The notes beneath the pieces were generated by a model that saw only the letters and a list, made by a program, of their open reading frames with translations, had not been told where the DNA came from and did not search any database. Positions 31,540-41,904 of a stretch of 64,000 nucleotides of DNA are shown one piece after another. The DNA comes from an uncultured virus (IMG/VR IMGVR_UViG_3300015245_000039). Lineage: Duplodnaviria > Heunggongvirae > Uroviricota > Caudoviricetes. The DNA is taken from IMG/VR virus record IMGVR_UViG_3300015245_000039; one strand, 5' to 3'. Numbering within the stretch: position 1 is the stretch's first letter; every line of letters starts with the position of its first letter. The position numbers and the translations under genes were made by a program.

Positions 31540-31831
31540 GGTGCTCCCTTCCTGTGTCTGTGATTGTCCAGCCCGAGTCGAGAAGAACAGGATTCCCATC
31601 ATCGTCGACATCATCGACCATGACCTCTTCACCTGTCTCAGGATTTTCTTGCATTCGTTGCACCACGACCTCTTCTTCACGAGCGTGGCCAGCCCCTGCT
31701 AGTCGATTGAGAGACTCGAGTGCCGTCGCCTCGTCAAGCCCCTCAAGAACGAATGCTGTCGCACCAGGATGAATCAGGTAATCGGGTGACTGGCCCTCCA
31801 GAACCTCGAGCACCTTTGCATCTACGTCCAT
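31520..31831 (-). CDS. Acidic hypothetical protein, winged-helix-like
   Basis: VLEVL...SLNRLAGAG...WTITDTG; RBS GGGAGGGAG. Confidence 0.5.
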   Translation of the reverse strand: MDVDAKVLEVLEGQSPDYLIHPGATAFVLEGLDEATALESLNRLAGAGHAREEEVVVQRMQENPETGEEVMVDDVDDDGNPVLLDSGWTITDTGREHHGRANS

Positions 31832-31840
31832 GCTCCCTCC

Positions 31841-33256
31841 CTACACGCGAATGTACTTGGCTTTGACAATGAACGGAACCATGTCGGTGAGCTGGAGCTC
31901 AGGCGACTGTGGTCCGACCGTACCGCCGCTCGTTCCAGGACTCTCAAGTGCGATAGTCTCTGCCGAATCCTGGATGTATCCGGCGTCCCAGGTTGGCGAC
32001 CCGCCGCCCGAGGGCAGCATTGAGAGTGTCTGGAACGTCCCGGGAGATCCTGATGTGAAGTACTCGAGATCCTTTGTCTCGCGATGGAGATTGTGTGAGT
32101 GGACACCGCCGCCGTGCTTGTGGTTCGCGACTGTTGGATTGACGACTGTGTGGTTGTGCTTCACTCGCCGAACCGACTGTCCCGCTCCATCGGTCTTGCC
32201 AACAGTGTCGACATCGGCGTGTCCTGATGGAGAGTTTCCGAAGGTAGTTCGGCCGCGTGAGTCAGGGATGTTGAAAGTCGTGGTTCCATTCCCGACTCCG
32301 TGTGAAGTTCCGAGATACGCGAACAGAGCTGCCCACGACGTCCGGCTGATGGCAGAGCCATCCTCGAATGCTAGCCCGGCGAAGCTGGTGTAGTGGGCGA
32401 GTGTGACTTCCTGTCCAGTGAGGTAACGGGGAGAGCGTGTCTTCTCCACCCAGCCACTGCTGCCGTACCACTGGAAGGTTATCGACTCGTAGGCCACCAA
32501 GGTGCAATGGATCCGATCCTGAAGGACGAGATTACCAACAGTGTCCCTGAAGGTGATCGGCCCTGCCCCCGAGGCGACCACGAGCGTGAGTTCCTGGCCG
32601 ATCGAAGGGCTTGTGAAGTTGATCGTGTCAACAGTTCCAGTTCCTGTCAGAGAGTGGAACTTGTTGGTGACCGCGATAGTCCCGGCTGCCGCGATATTTC
32701 CACCGGAGTCAGCCTGAGTCGTGGGTGCGGCCACCTGGACCCAAGCTGCTCCGGTGTTCCTGTACAACGTGCCCCCGTTGATGTCTGTCGCGAAGTAGAA
32801 GGTCCCAGCGAACTGAGATGCAGAGGAGGGGCGAGCCGCCAGCGTTCCAGCCTGGTTCGCCAGCGCAGTCGCAAACAGCTCAATCCAGCTCGAACCGTCA
32901 GAGCGATGCATCTTCCCGTTGTCGGTCGCGTAGTAGTAGTAGCCAGTATTCGCTGCACTCGGAGCTGGCTTGGCAGAGAATGCTCCGCTGAGCAAGATCG
33001 AAGTGGCGATCGTCGTGTTCGGTGTCGAGACCGGGACCCAGGCAGCCCCTGTGTCGTAGTAGAAGACACCAGCATCTGTCGCGTAGTAGTACCGATCAGT
33101 GATGCCGAATGCTGGCCGAGCCGCGAGCGTTCCCTTGGAGGACATCGCCGAACGCTCGATGCCCGCAACGATTGAATCCATGTCGCGAGGAATGTCGGCG
33201 GTGTCAGAACGATCGAGGTTCGGGAAGAGAATGCCAAATCTAGTGCTGGTCCGCAT
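31841..33256 (-). CDS. Tail fibre protein with tail-collar domain
   Basis: Three G...A.P...YYATD.G...W repeats; DGSAISRTSWAALF...G.G.GTTTFNIPD.RGR collar motif. Confidence 0.88.
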   Translation of the reverse strand: MRTSTRFGILFPNLDRSDTADIPRDMDSIVAGIERSAMSSKGTLAARPAFGITDRYYYATDAGVFYYDTGAAWVPVSTPNTTIATSILLSGAFSAKPAPSAANTGYYYYATDNGKMHRSDGSSWIELFATALANQAGTLAARPSSASQFAGTFYFATDINGGTLYRNTGAAWVQVAAPTTQADSGGNIAAAGTIAVTNKFHSLTGTGTVDTINFTSPSIGQELTLVVASGAGPITFRDTVGNLVLQDRIHCTLVAYESITFQWYGSSGWVEKTRSPRYLTGQEVTLAHYTSFAGLAFEDGSAISRTSWAALFAYLGTSHGVGNGTTTFNIPDSRGRTTFGNSPSGHADVDTVGKTDGAGQSVRRVKHNHTVVNPTVANHKHGGGVHSHNLHRETKDLEYFTSGSPGTFQTLSMLPSGGGSPTWDAGYIQDSAETIALESPGTSGGTVGPQSPELQLTDMVPFIVKAKYIRV

Positions 33257-33265
33257 GTTCCTCCC

Positions 33266-34522
33266 TCACTCTCCTGGCAGGTCTGTGGCGATGCCCTGGT
33301 AGGTCCCGTAGTAGGCCCAGATGGCATCGTAGGTTGCGTGGTTGGTTAGAAGCTGCTGATAGTCCTGCATGTCATGGACCGCGTAGGTGAGGGTGATTCC
33401 TCCAGGCTTCTGGGTGAGAATCGCAGCGAGTACCCTGTCGGCGTCAGGGGTGTCGATTGCATAGGTGTAGATGCTAAGCTTGTACGCTCCGCCCAAACGC
33501 TCCCGCAGGATCACTGTCTTCCCTCCTGTGAGCTGCGCCTTGACCGCCGCCTTGATCGCCGCTGGCGTACCGCGCTTCCAGGAAGGAGCCTGCTTGATGA
33601 TGTCGCGACGTCTCGCGGTGTACTGCTCTTCAGTCTCAGTAGCGATCACAGCATCGAGCAGCTCGCTCTGAGATCTGTGAGGTAGTCCCATCCAGTGAGC
33701 GAGCTTCCCTGGTGTCGGGGTGAACCCATCGAAGAAGACAGAGTTCTCAAGCGACAGCATCGCTCCATCAGCCCACATGTGATCGCCGGCAAGCAGTCCA
33801 GTTGTCTTGAGCCGAGGACGAACCGTGACCGCGCCAGCTGGAGCGACAGCGTTGTAGGTGTAGAGATGATCATCGTCGTTGGTGATGTTTCGGGCAGCTG
33901 GAGCTGATGTTGAGATCAAACCGCCACCCGCGTTGTACCACTCGAGTGCTGGCGTCTGAGTCCCGATGATCGCTAGGGGATTGCTCTCGCTAGCCTTGCG
34001 AGCCATCCCTGTGACTCTGAAGTAGTAGGTCTTTCCAGTCTCGACGATGATTCTGGTAGGGGTGTCATCGCGGTAGAAGTCAATACTGGTGTCCCCGGTT
34101 GAAGCGAGTGTGTTGTTGAACGAGGCGAGAGTTGCCAGCGGTTCAACTCCATCAGAGGCTAGAGTTCCCTGCTGAGCTCGAACTCCCCAGGTATCCTGCA
34201 CGGCTCCAGGGTTCGGGACCATGTTGGTGGCGATGTGGACGTAGTTGGTGATCAGCTCACCGATCGGTGGCAGCTCAGCACCCACGAACTGTGCCAGCCA
34301 GGGCAGCGCATAGGCCGGGACACGATCGGCGTCAAGTATGACTGACCAACCTGGCTCTCCATTGGGACCTTCCTGCACCAGATCATCCATGAGCTGATGT
34401 GGAGCACCCAGGGCACCAACAAGCTTCTTGAGCGTGAAGCCCTCGTTTGCGTCATCCTCGTGGAGAGGAGCTAGATCGTCGTAGAGACGCTGAGCGTAGC
34501 TCTCGAGTTCTACATCGCTCAT
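33266..34522 (-). CDS. Baseplate wedge protein (P2 gpI-like) with inserted carbohydrate-binding-like domain
   Basis: LPWLAQFVG ... KRGTPAAI ... QKPGG; insert N.VPNP..LEWYNAGG..AVAPAGA..FDG. Confidence 0.75.
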   Translation of the reverse strand: MSDVELESYAQRLYDDLAPLHEDDANEGFTLKKLVGALGAPHQLMDDLVQEGPNGEPGWSVILDADRVPAYALPWLAQFVGAELPPIGELITNYVHIATNMVPNPGAVQDTWGVRAQQGTLASDGVEPLATLASFNNTLASTGDTSIDFYRDDTPTRIIVETGKTYYFRVTGMARKASESNPLAIIGTQTPALEWYNAGGGLISTSAPAARNITNDDDHLYTYNAVAPAGAVTVRPRLKTTGLLAGDHMWADGAMLSLENSVFFDGFTPTPGKLAHWMGLPHRSQSELLDAVIATETEEQYTARRRDIIKQAPSWKRGTPAAIKAAVKAQLTGGKTVILRERLGGAYKLSIYTYAIDTPDADRVLAAILTQKPGGITLTYAVHDMQDYQQLLTNHATYDAIWAYYGTYQGIATDLPGE

Positions 34523-35715
34523 GGGATCACTATCGTCGGCGTCACCACTCCGACCTGTGTTAGTGGAGCTGCCCCGGTCAGGGCGATGTCGATCCTCGCG
34601 AAAGCAGCTACACCCTTGCGCATCGTGACATCGTCGACATGTGCTACACCGATCACATCGCGGATCAGCCAGATGATGTCGTTGTAGCGCACAGTCGATT
34701 TCGCCAACCATTCAGTCGTGATGCCAAAGTTCGTGCCGGCGTTCCCCTTACCCCAGTTGGCAGATGAGAGGTAGTTCGTGAGCGCCGCAAGCACACGAGT
34801 CTGAATGTCAGCAGAGATGAAGCCTGGCTCGGCGGTGACGGTATAGTTGATGTCGATTGGGGTGTAAGTCGGGTCGATGATGTTGACGATGAAGTTGACC
34901 TCGCGCACACCTTCGAGCTCGTTGTCAACTAGTGTCTTCTCAGGGCTGGTGCAGGCGGTGCCATCGTCATGGATGCAGGCAACTGAGACCATCCGGTCGT
35001 TGCCGTAGCTTCCTCCGCTGGCCGGATCGTACCCGTCGATGCCCAGCGCACGCCCGACGTTCGCACCCTCGGTGGTGCGCGCCATCGTGGCGAAGTCCTT
35101 GGCCAGGATCGGACGGGGAGCGATAATGCTCAAGCGGTCAGCGAGTCTATTCAGATAGTCGACCTCTCCCTCTGCGTCGACACCGCCACTAGTCGCTCCA
35201 GTCATCACGATCCCGACGACCCAGTCGAGTGGGTTGACGAGCTCGATGGGATGCCCGGCTACTCCGAGATCATTCGCTACCGACCCAATCTCGACGGCAA
35301 TGATCGTGACCGCTCCGGCAGCAGTGGCGACTGATCCAGGCGGGATCACCACATCGGTCAGGACCTCGAACTCGTGTAGTACATCTCCTCCCTCGCGGAA
35401 TGCCACGACAGTACCGGCGGGAATCGTGTAGCCCAGGTTGTTGATCGCTGTCCAGGTGGTCTGAGCCACAGCCTTGGTTGCTTGGACAGGATTGATGCTA
35501 ACGATCTTGCCGTAGGAGGCGAAGATGATTCGAGGGACTCTACTAGCCAGGTCTCTGTTCACTGCTGTCTGGCGAGAGTTTGCATCGATGACGATAGTCT
35601 CGAGGTTTGCCTCGGCAGGGACCCAACCTGGGATCTGATCCTGGAGATAGGCGTAGCTCTCTTCGGCCAGAGCCTCTGGATTCGTCTCGATTGGAACATC
35701 GAGATAGTCGGGCAC
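34519..35715 (-). CDS. Baseplate J-like protein
   Basis: TIPAGT, G...N, GGVDAE...Y..RL, IGVAHV motifs. Confidence 0.88.
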   Translation of the reverse strand: MPDYLDVPIETNPEALAEESYAYLQDQIPGWVPAEANLETIVIDANSRQTAVNRDLASRVPRIIFASYGKIVSINPVQATKAVAQTTWTAINNLGYTIPAGTVVAFREGGDVLHEFEVLTDVVIPPGSVATAAGAVTIIAVEIGSVANDLGVAGHPIELVNPLDWVVGIVMTGATSGGVDAEGEVDYLNRLADRLSIIAPRPILAKDFATMARTTEGANVGRALGIDGYDPASGGSYGNDRMVSVACIHDDGTACTSPEKTLVDNELEGVREVNFIVNIIDPTYTPIDINYTVTAEPGFISADIQTRVLAALTNYLSSANWGKGNAGTNFGITTEWLAKSTVRYNDIIWLIRDVIGVAHVDDVTMRKGVAAFARIDIALTGAAPLTQVGVVTPTIVIP

Positions 35716-36044
35716 TACGCCTCCTCTCTATTAGAGATTCTTGCGGTTACGCGCTCGATCAGCTCGTCGAATCGATCAGGCTCAGCAGCGATCACAGCGG
35801 TAGCCCTGGGCTCTGATGATCCGAGATCTGTCTTCAGCTGATTAACGTCGAACTTGGTGGTGAAGGTCTGGTCGCGCAGACCGAACTCTGGGTCCTCGAT
35901 GCGGTCGCCCTTGCGGTATGAGGCGATGACGCGACAACAGTCGAAGATCTCATCAGCAGAATCCTGCTCATTCGTCGCAGCCACCAGCACTCCTCGCTCG
36001 GTCTTGAACCGGAACGGGTAGGCGAAATGCGGAATGTCAGTCAC
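35715..36044 (-). CDS. Baseplate wedge gp25/W-like protein
   Basis: YPFRF..GDR..PEFG..EPR. Confidence 0.8.
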   Translation of the reverse strand: MTDIPHFAYPFRFKTERGVLVAATNEQDSADEIFDCCRVIASYRKGDRIEDPEFGLRDQTFTTKFDVNQLKTDLGSSEPRATAVIAAEPDRFDELIERVTARISNREEA

Positions 36045-36315
36045 CGAATGGCCACCATGCTACGACCCACCACTCCCCTCGATTGTCTCTCTGGACGAGA
36101 GCTCTGTCACCACGATCTGGCAGCGCTGTATCTGAACGGGCTTGCCAGCGGCATGGCCCAAAGCGTAGCGCGGGATCAAAGTCTGGTATAGTCACATACA
36201 CCTTCTCACTTAAGTCAGCAGGTGCTGTGGCGATGAAGGCGAACCAGTTGCCAGCAGGAGCACTCGAGGCTGAGCGACGACCTTCCTCTACGATGTCATC
36301 GTTGATCGCGGTCAT
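36037..36315 (-). CDS. Baseplate spike-associated OB-fold protein (gpV N-terminal-like)
   Basis: VYVTIP..GPC.W..LP.RGD.ALV; position in the baseplate module. Confidence 0.6.
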   Translation of the reverse strand: MTAINDDIVEEGRRSASSAPAGNWFAFIATAPADLSEKVYVTIPDFDPALRFGPCRWQARSDTALPDRGDRALVQRDNRGEWWVVAWWPFGD

Positions 36316-38813
36316 ACCGCTTCGCCCTTCAGGAACTTAACTGGGTCGACCATGTTGTCGTAGTTGTAGCCGCCAGCGTAGGTCTTCCAGACCTCGATGT
36401 GACAGTGTGTGCTATTAGGATTGTCATGCCAGGGAGCTACTGAAGCGACCACATGACCCTGCTTGACTCTGGCTCCTTGCTTGAACGCGAGCACTGGCCG
36501 AACATGTCTGAACACCCAGACGTAGCCGTTATCCTGCTGGAGCTTTACCTGGCCACCGAATACCTGCCCCGAATCAGAGCTCGTGTCAGGCTCGATGAGG
36601 ATCAGTGTACCGTCAATCGGAGCCACTACATTCGAGCCGGCTGGAGCAAACCAGTCCTTGCCAGCGTGGTGGCGAATACCAACGGAGTCAGGAGCTCCCT
36701 CGGCATCGACATAGGTGAACTCGCTCTTGGAGAGATTACCGTCGGTGGCCAGAGGAGCGACATACCCCTTGCCGATCTTCGCAGTATTCATCTTCTGGCC
36801 AGCGGACGCGCCCTGGTTGGATCCATCCTGGGGAAGCCCGATGTTGCTGAGATCAAGTCCCTGGCTCTGGACAGGCTCAGGCAGCGTCGGCATGGGCTTC
36901 TTGCAGGTGATAGTGATGATCGGGCTGAACAGGGAGCGAGAGATGTTCGTGATCAGCCAACGTCCTGTGATGACCGGACCCATCTCGAGGATGGCGATCA
37001 TGCTACCGGGCGGAGCGACCCAGCGATCTCCGAAGGCAGTGACGGTGACCTCGGCATTCCTCTCACCGATGTCGAAGCGGTAGTCAATCTTGATCACCGC
37101 ATCGTCGTACTCACCATTCAGAGTCATCAGCGGACGACTGCGGAACAGGTACGGCTCTGAGATGTAGTAGAAGCGACCCGAGACCATGAAGCGACGCCAT
37201 TGAACTTCATCAGCTAGACGCAGCGAGCAGTCCCAGGTATTCTCTTTCGTGACCTTGGTCTTGCCGCCGCTCTGGCTGAACTGACCACGAGTGAACTGGT
37301 AGTCGTTACCGGCTGCGCTCCCGAGGAAGATCGATCCGTCGCTGCTCACCAGCAGCTCGCTCAGGGCATCGTTGGTCTGAACTACTACATCCCCGTCCTT
37401 GCCCTTGATGCCGAATGATGTGACAGTGTGCTCAGCCTCCGTGCGGTAGAGCTCGTAACGCTCAGGGAAGGCAGAGATCTGTACAGCCTGGGCGAGCTCG
37501 CCGTATCCCAGGAATGGCTCGTCAGCGTCCTTCTTGATGGCCCGATCGAAGAAGGTGCCAGCGGCGTACTCTGGATTCGTGACCTGGGCATAGGTTCCCC
37601 AGCCCTGGCTCGGGCGCTGCTGGAACAGTCCTGCACTGTCAGCGTCGCCACCAGAGAGGTTGTGGGCAGTTGACTCGACGGTGATGGTCATGATCGCGGT
37701 GACCAGAACCTTCCGCCTTGCCTTCTTCTTGATGCCCACCTTGAGGACTCTGGTGATCATCTCCTTCTGGCCCTGGTCAGCCACAGCGTTCTTGACAGTG
37801 ACACGCTGACCGACTGGGAAGCCTACCGCACGATTCTTGTCGTCCTGGCTCTGCTGGCTTGACGCAGGAATCGCTCCGTCAGAGGAGCCTACGGTCTTGG
37901 CGTCCTCGAGCTCCGGGCAGTAGAAGTCGATGTTGAGTTCCTTGACTTCACGCACCATGTCACGAATGAACTTCGGACGAGTGGTCTGCCCCCATGCGGC
38001 GGTCTTCGGCTTGTTGTACTTCCGCAGGATGTAGACCTCACGATCCTCCCACTTCAGCGTAAGCTCGTCATCCTGCTTCTCGATCCCAACGAGCGCGAAC
38101 CATAGACCGTCGATGTTGGTGTAGACGTCCTTGGCGAGATACGGTGAGTTCTGAAGTGTGCGCTCGTAGTCAATCGCAGCGATCGTCAGGGTACTGGCCC
38201 CTTCAATCGTGCGCTCGACATCGGCTGCGGTGACAGCGTTGATGATCCACTCTGACTGGTAGCCAGCAAGATTCAGATTGAGCGTGTTGAGGTCTACGTC
38301 TCCGGTGACGGCCTCGAGCTGGCTGTTCTGCAGCTTCTTGACTCTGGCGGTCTCGTCGCTGTCCTTGGACTTCTTCTTGCTGTCGACTGTCTTCTTAGGC
38401 TTCCAGTCAGCATCGAAGATGATGGTGCCGTCACGGTCATCGATCAACTGATTTCCGTGCCACTTGAAAGGAGTTCCAGGCTTCGCGTACTGAGACTCAC
38501 CTGAGAAGGTTGTGTCGTATGGAGTCTTGTACGTGTCCGGGAAGTGATCACCAGCGGCGTGGACCGGGAGCACCGCAGTGCCACCATTCGCAAGCCAGTA
38601 TCCTCGCATGTCGTAATCGACGATGCTGGCGTTGACATCGAAGGGGATGTTGAAGTAGACGACCCAGCTCTTGAAGTTCGCTTCTTGGACAAGCGTGAGA
38701 GCTGTGACCCAACTACCAGCGACGGCCCAGGCCTGATTGTGTCGAAGAGCTGCGTCGTAATACTTCGGACCTTCGGCGGTGAAGATCGGGCGCTTGTTCT
38801 TTGTGGCCGTCAT
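36312..38813 (-). CDS. Baseplate hub protein with lysozyme-like and M23 peptidase domains
   Basis: VES...NL..GD.DSAGLFQQRPSQGWG; HAGKD..AP.G..V.APIDG ... HCHIEV (M23). Confidence 0.8.
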   Translation of the reverse strand: MTATKNKRPIFTAEGPKYYDAALRHNQAWAVAGSWVTALTLVQEANFKSWVVYFNIPFDVNASIVDYDMRGYWLANGGTAVLPVHAAGDHFPDTYKTPYDTTFSGESQYAKPGTPFKWHGNQLIDDRDGTIIFDADWKPKKTVDSKKKSKDSDETARVKKLQNSQLEAVTGDVDLNTLNLNLAGYQSEWIINAVTAADVERTIEGASTLTIAAIDYERTLQNSPYLAKDVYTNIDGLWFALVGIEKQDDELTLKWEDREVYILRKYNKPKTAAWGQTTRPKFIRDMVREVKELNIDFYCPELEDAKTVGSSDGAIPASSQQSQDDKNRAVGFPVGQRVTVKNAVADQGQKEMITRVLKVGIKKKARRKVLVTAIMTITVESTAHNLSGGDADSAGLFQQRPSQGWGTYAQVTNPEYAAGTFFDRAIKKDADEPFLGYGELAQAVQISAFPERYELYRTEAEHTVTSFGIKGKDGDVVVQTNDALSELLVSSDGSIFLGSAAGNDYQFTRGQFSQSGGKTKVTKENTWDCSLRLADEVQWRRFMVSGRFYYISEPYLFRSRPLMTLNGEYDDAVIKIDYRFDIGERNAEVTVTAFGDRWVAPPGSMIAILEMGPVITGRWLITNISRSLFSPIITITCKKPMPTLPEPVQSQGLDLSNIGLPQDGSNQGASAGQKMNTAKIGKGYVAPLATDGNLSKSEFTYVDAEGAPDSVGIRHHAGKDWFAPAGSNVVAPIDGTLILIEPDTSSDSGQVFGGQVKLQQDNGYVWVFRHVRPVLAFKQGARVKQGHVVASVAPWHDNPNSTHCHIEVWKTYAGGYNYDNMVDPVKFLKGEAV

Positions 38814-39535
38814 GCGATGATCAACTTCGTGTTGATCTTCAGCTTCTCAGACCCTCGCATGTTGTTGAGGTCGGCGAGCTTGTGCCACTTGCTGGCATCG
38901 CCATAGACTTCCTTGCGGGCAGCAACCTTCTGGAGAGTAGTATCCCCGGCCTTGGTCGTGTAGGTACGATGCTGAGGCTTCCCCTTGGCACGAGACTTGT
39001 CGGCTGTCTTCTTGGATGCCTTCTGCACTCGTAGGCGATCTTCACGAGCGTAGCGTAGGAGCGTCAGTGTCACATCCTGTCGAAGTCTATGACCTGAGCC
39101 GTCGCGCTCGATGTCCGAGCCCCAGTCGATGCCGCTGATCACCCAGCTCAGATCGTCATGAGGTACGGCAGCACCGTCGACGTCGATCTGAGGAGGCTCC
39201 TGCCCGTCTGCTGGAGGCATCGCCATTCGCTCGAGCTTGGTGACGTCAGCCTCGACAGACTCACCTGTCAAGAAGCCATCTAGCACCAGGTGCAGTTCAA
39301 GTGTGAATGGATTACGTCCATTCCAGAGTGTCACCCCAGTACGGCGCGGACGATCTACAACAGTCCAGCCGCCGTAGCCATCGGTCACTCTAGGGCTGTC
39401 AGCTCCGAGCAGCGCCACGACGCGCATCGGAGGGGCAGTGGTCTCAAGAGAGACACGAGCAGCTTCGGGCGCTGCCTTGGCTGGAGGCGTCGGCTTTGGA
39501 CGGCCAGCATTAGCTGCTGCGCGATCAAAACTCAC
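38810..39535 (-). CDS. LysM-containing tail tube initiator-like protein
   Basis: C-terminal YTTKAGD.TL.KVA...YGD...W..LADLN; position after the tape measure gene. Confidence 0.8.
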   Translation of the reverse strand: MSFDRAAANAGRPKPTPPAKAAPEAARVSLETTAPPMRVVALLGADSPRVTDGYGGWTVVDRPRRTGVTLWNGRNPFTLELHLVLDGFLTGESVEADVTKLERMAMPPADGQEPPQIDVDGAAVPHDDLSWVISGIDWGSDIERDGSGHRLRQDVTLTLLRYAREDRLRVQKASKKTADKSRAKGKPQHRTYTTKAGDTTLQKVAARKEVYGDASKWHKLADLNNMRGSEKLKINTKLIIA

Positions 39536-41697
39536 TTACGAGCTCTCCGCTCCAGCCGTACCTTAGCATTGGCTTCTGCAAGCACCCTGCGGTCTAGAAC
39601 CAGCTGAACGGGTACTGAGGCTACCAGCACCCCTTCCAGCGGGTCTACACCACGCCCGTCAAGCGGTACAACGCTCGCACCACGGCCCAGGTGCAGTAGC
39701 TCAGGTCCACGCTCACCTACCATCGACCATCCAGGCCAGGCAGCGCTTCCACCGCCAGCGAGGGCTGGGAAGATTGAACCGGGCATCCTGGTGCCTGACG
39801 ACGGAAAGAGCTTCTGCGTCGCTGGAAGATTGTTCTTAAAGTACTGATTCCCTGGAGAGTTCGGGTCGTTGAAGGAAGGCTTCGCAGTACCCTTGCCACC
39901 ACCGAAGATGCCCTTGACGCGCTGCCAAAGACGGTACAGCAACATCATCGCCTTGATCGCGACAAGGATCGGATTGAAGGCGTACAGCAGCGCCTTGGCG
40001 ATCATTGCCTTGTGATCCCAGATCCAGTTGGCCGTCCGATTCACCAGATTGTGGAACCACTTCCACTTGAAGTAGAGTCCTATGATGATGGCGACGAGCA
40101 GCACGATTCCTGCGACAATCCAGGCTATCGGACCCAGCGCTGCAATCCAGGTCGCGATGAAGTCGATCTTGAGGATGCGAAGCACGAGGCTCAAGCCACC
40201 TGCCTGGTACGCGAGCCAGAGCATCCTGATCCTGAGCATCCCCATCACTAGGGCTGCCCGGAAAGCAGCGATGCGGACCCGGATCATAATCCAGATCAGG
40301 TTGGCCCGGAACGCGACTGCCATGAAGCGAGAGGCCATGATGCTGGACCAGATCGCTGCCCTCAGGCCGCGCATCTGAATCTCGAGCAGGAACATCTGAA
40401 TGCGAAGGCGGAACAGCATGATATTCGTTCTGATCAGCCCGACTCTGAACAGGAGCATTCCCCAGCGCAGCTTGCTCATGAAGATGATTCCTGACACGAC
40501 ACCCTGAAGCCAGAGCCTCATCATGTTCAGTCGAGTGATGATCAGCCAGAACACGAGAACTCTCAGCGCGAAGCTCAGCAGCAGAGAATGATTAGCCAAG
40601 AAGTTCAGCAGCGGAGTCAACAACTTCATCGACGGCACTAGGACGAGATAGATCATGATGGCCGCGAGCTTGATCGCAGGCAGCACGTAGGCGACCCAGA
40701 TCCTGCCGAACGCTGCCAGGAAGTGCCCCGTCGTCATCAGAGTGTCCTTGAGCCTACCCTGCGCCCCAACGACTCTATCCAGGACATTCGCGAAGCTGCT
40801 GAAGCCACCCTGGTTCATCGCATCGCTCATCGCGATGATGTCCTTGATCAGTCCAGGGAAGTTCCGCTTGACTGCTTTGAACGGAGCCATCATCAACTCG
40901 CCGAACAGCCGCTGCATGTAGTCATGAAGAATGCTAGCCTGCCCCGAGACGGTGCCGGCGAGAGCCTGGGCTGCACCCTTGAAGCGAGGGTCGGTGTTGA
41001 TCCCCTTCATGATGGCCTCGATGGCCACGTCGCCTCTGAGTCCAAGTGACCCGATGCGCGAGAACTGTCGCTGGGTGATCCCGAGCTGCTGGTTGAGATA
41101 GCGGAATACTGGAACGCCAGCCTCTGTCAACTGACGAATCTCCTGGCCGCGCAGCACTCCTGCTGTGTGAATCTGGCCGAGCGCGAGCACGATACGGTCG
41201 ATCAGCTGAGTGTCGCCGCCCATGGCCGAGATCAAGTTGGAGGTTACTGCGAGGTAGCGGTTGGTCTGCTTGAGCGAGAAGCCCCAGGCGAGGAACTGCT
41301 TGGCTGCCTGCTGAACACTCTCGAAGGTGAATGGGGTCTTGGCAGCCAGGTTGAACAGGAAGCTAAGTTCCTTGTTCGCAGCGCTCGCTGATCCAAGTAG
41401 AGTCTTAAAGGCGATACGGCTCTTATCCATCAGTGAGTCGAACTTGAAACCGATGGTCGCCACGCCTATGGCCAGGCCAGCGAATGCTAGTGTGGCACCA
41501 TAGGCGAGACGACGCATCGTGAACAGAGCCTGGTTCATCAGCCACGACCGCTTATTCTGCTCGGCGGTGGCAGCGCTCAGACGCTTCATCCGCTGCTCGA
41601 GTGCTTCGACAGAACCCGCGGCCGCATTCGCCTCCGACTGGAAGCGACGGCGATCCTTCATGAAGATGCGGATTCCTACCCACTCGTCAGCAGACAT
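39532..41697 (-). CDS. Tape measure protein
   Basis: F.TLLGS...A..TPF, ALGQI...G.L.G.E.RQL.EAGVP; long hydrophobic region. Confidence 0.92.
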   Translation of the reverse strand: MSADEWVGIRIFMKDRRRFQSEANAAAGSVEALEQRMKRLSAATAEQNKRSWLMNQALFTMRRLAYGATLAFAGLAIGVATIGFKFDSLMDKSRIAFKTLLGSASAANKELSFLFNLAAKTPFTFESVQQAAKQFLAWGFSLKQTNRYLAVTSNLISAMGGDTQLIDRIVLALGQIHTAGVLRGQEIRQLTEAGVPVFRYLNQQLGITQRQFSRIGSLGLRGDVAIEAIMKGINTDPRFKGAAQALAGTVSGQASILHDYMQRLFGELMMAPFKAVKRNFPGLIKDIIAMSDAMNQGGFSSFANVLDRVVGAQGRLKDTLMTTGHFLAAFGRIWVAYVLPAIKLAAIMIYLVLVPSMKLLTPLLNFLANHSLLLSFALRVLVFWLIITRLNMMRLWLQGVVSGIIFMSKLRWGMLLFRVGLIRTNIMLFRLRIQMFLLEIQMRGLRAAIWSSIMASRFMAVAFRANLIWIMIRVRIAAFRAALVMGMLRIRMLWLAYQAGGLSLVLRILKIDFIATWIAALGPIAWIVAGIVLLVAIIIGLYFKWKWFHNLVNRTANWIWDHKAMIAKALLYAFNPILVAIKAMMLLYRLWQRVKGIFGGGKGTAKPSFNDPNSPGNQYFKNNLPATQKLFPSSGTRMPGSIFPALAGGGSAAWPGWSMVGERGPELLHLGRGASVVPLDGRGVDPLEGVLVASVPVQLVLDRRVLAEANAKVRLERRARK

Positions 41698-41904
41698 CTA
41701 GTCTCCAAACAGCTTCCCGACAGCATTGGCGATCAAGCGTGCACGGCTCTCGTCCAACTTCCTCTGGAGCTCGTGCGTGCGGCTGGCGACCGCCTGCATC
41801 ATCAGGACCTTGAAGGGATCCTCTGTGGTGAGGAACTCCATCGGGTCCATCCCTGCGATAGCGATGCCAGCCGCCACGTCGACCTCGTCCCCTAGGAGAA
41901 AGGG
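41698..41904 (-). CDS. Tail assembly chaperone -1 frameshift extension (GT)
   Basis: The -1 frame is open from the heptamer (41904-41898) to a TAG at 41700-41698 that abuts the tape measure ATG. Confidence 0.78.
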   Translation of the reverse strand, partial: PFLLGDEVDVAAGIAIAGMDPMEFLTTEDPFKVLMMQAVASRTHELQRKLDESRARLIANAVGKLFGD

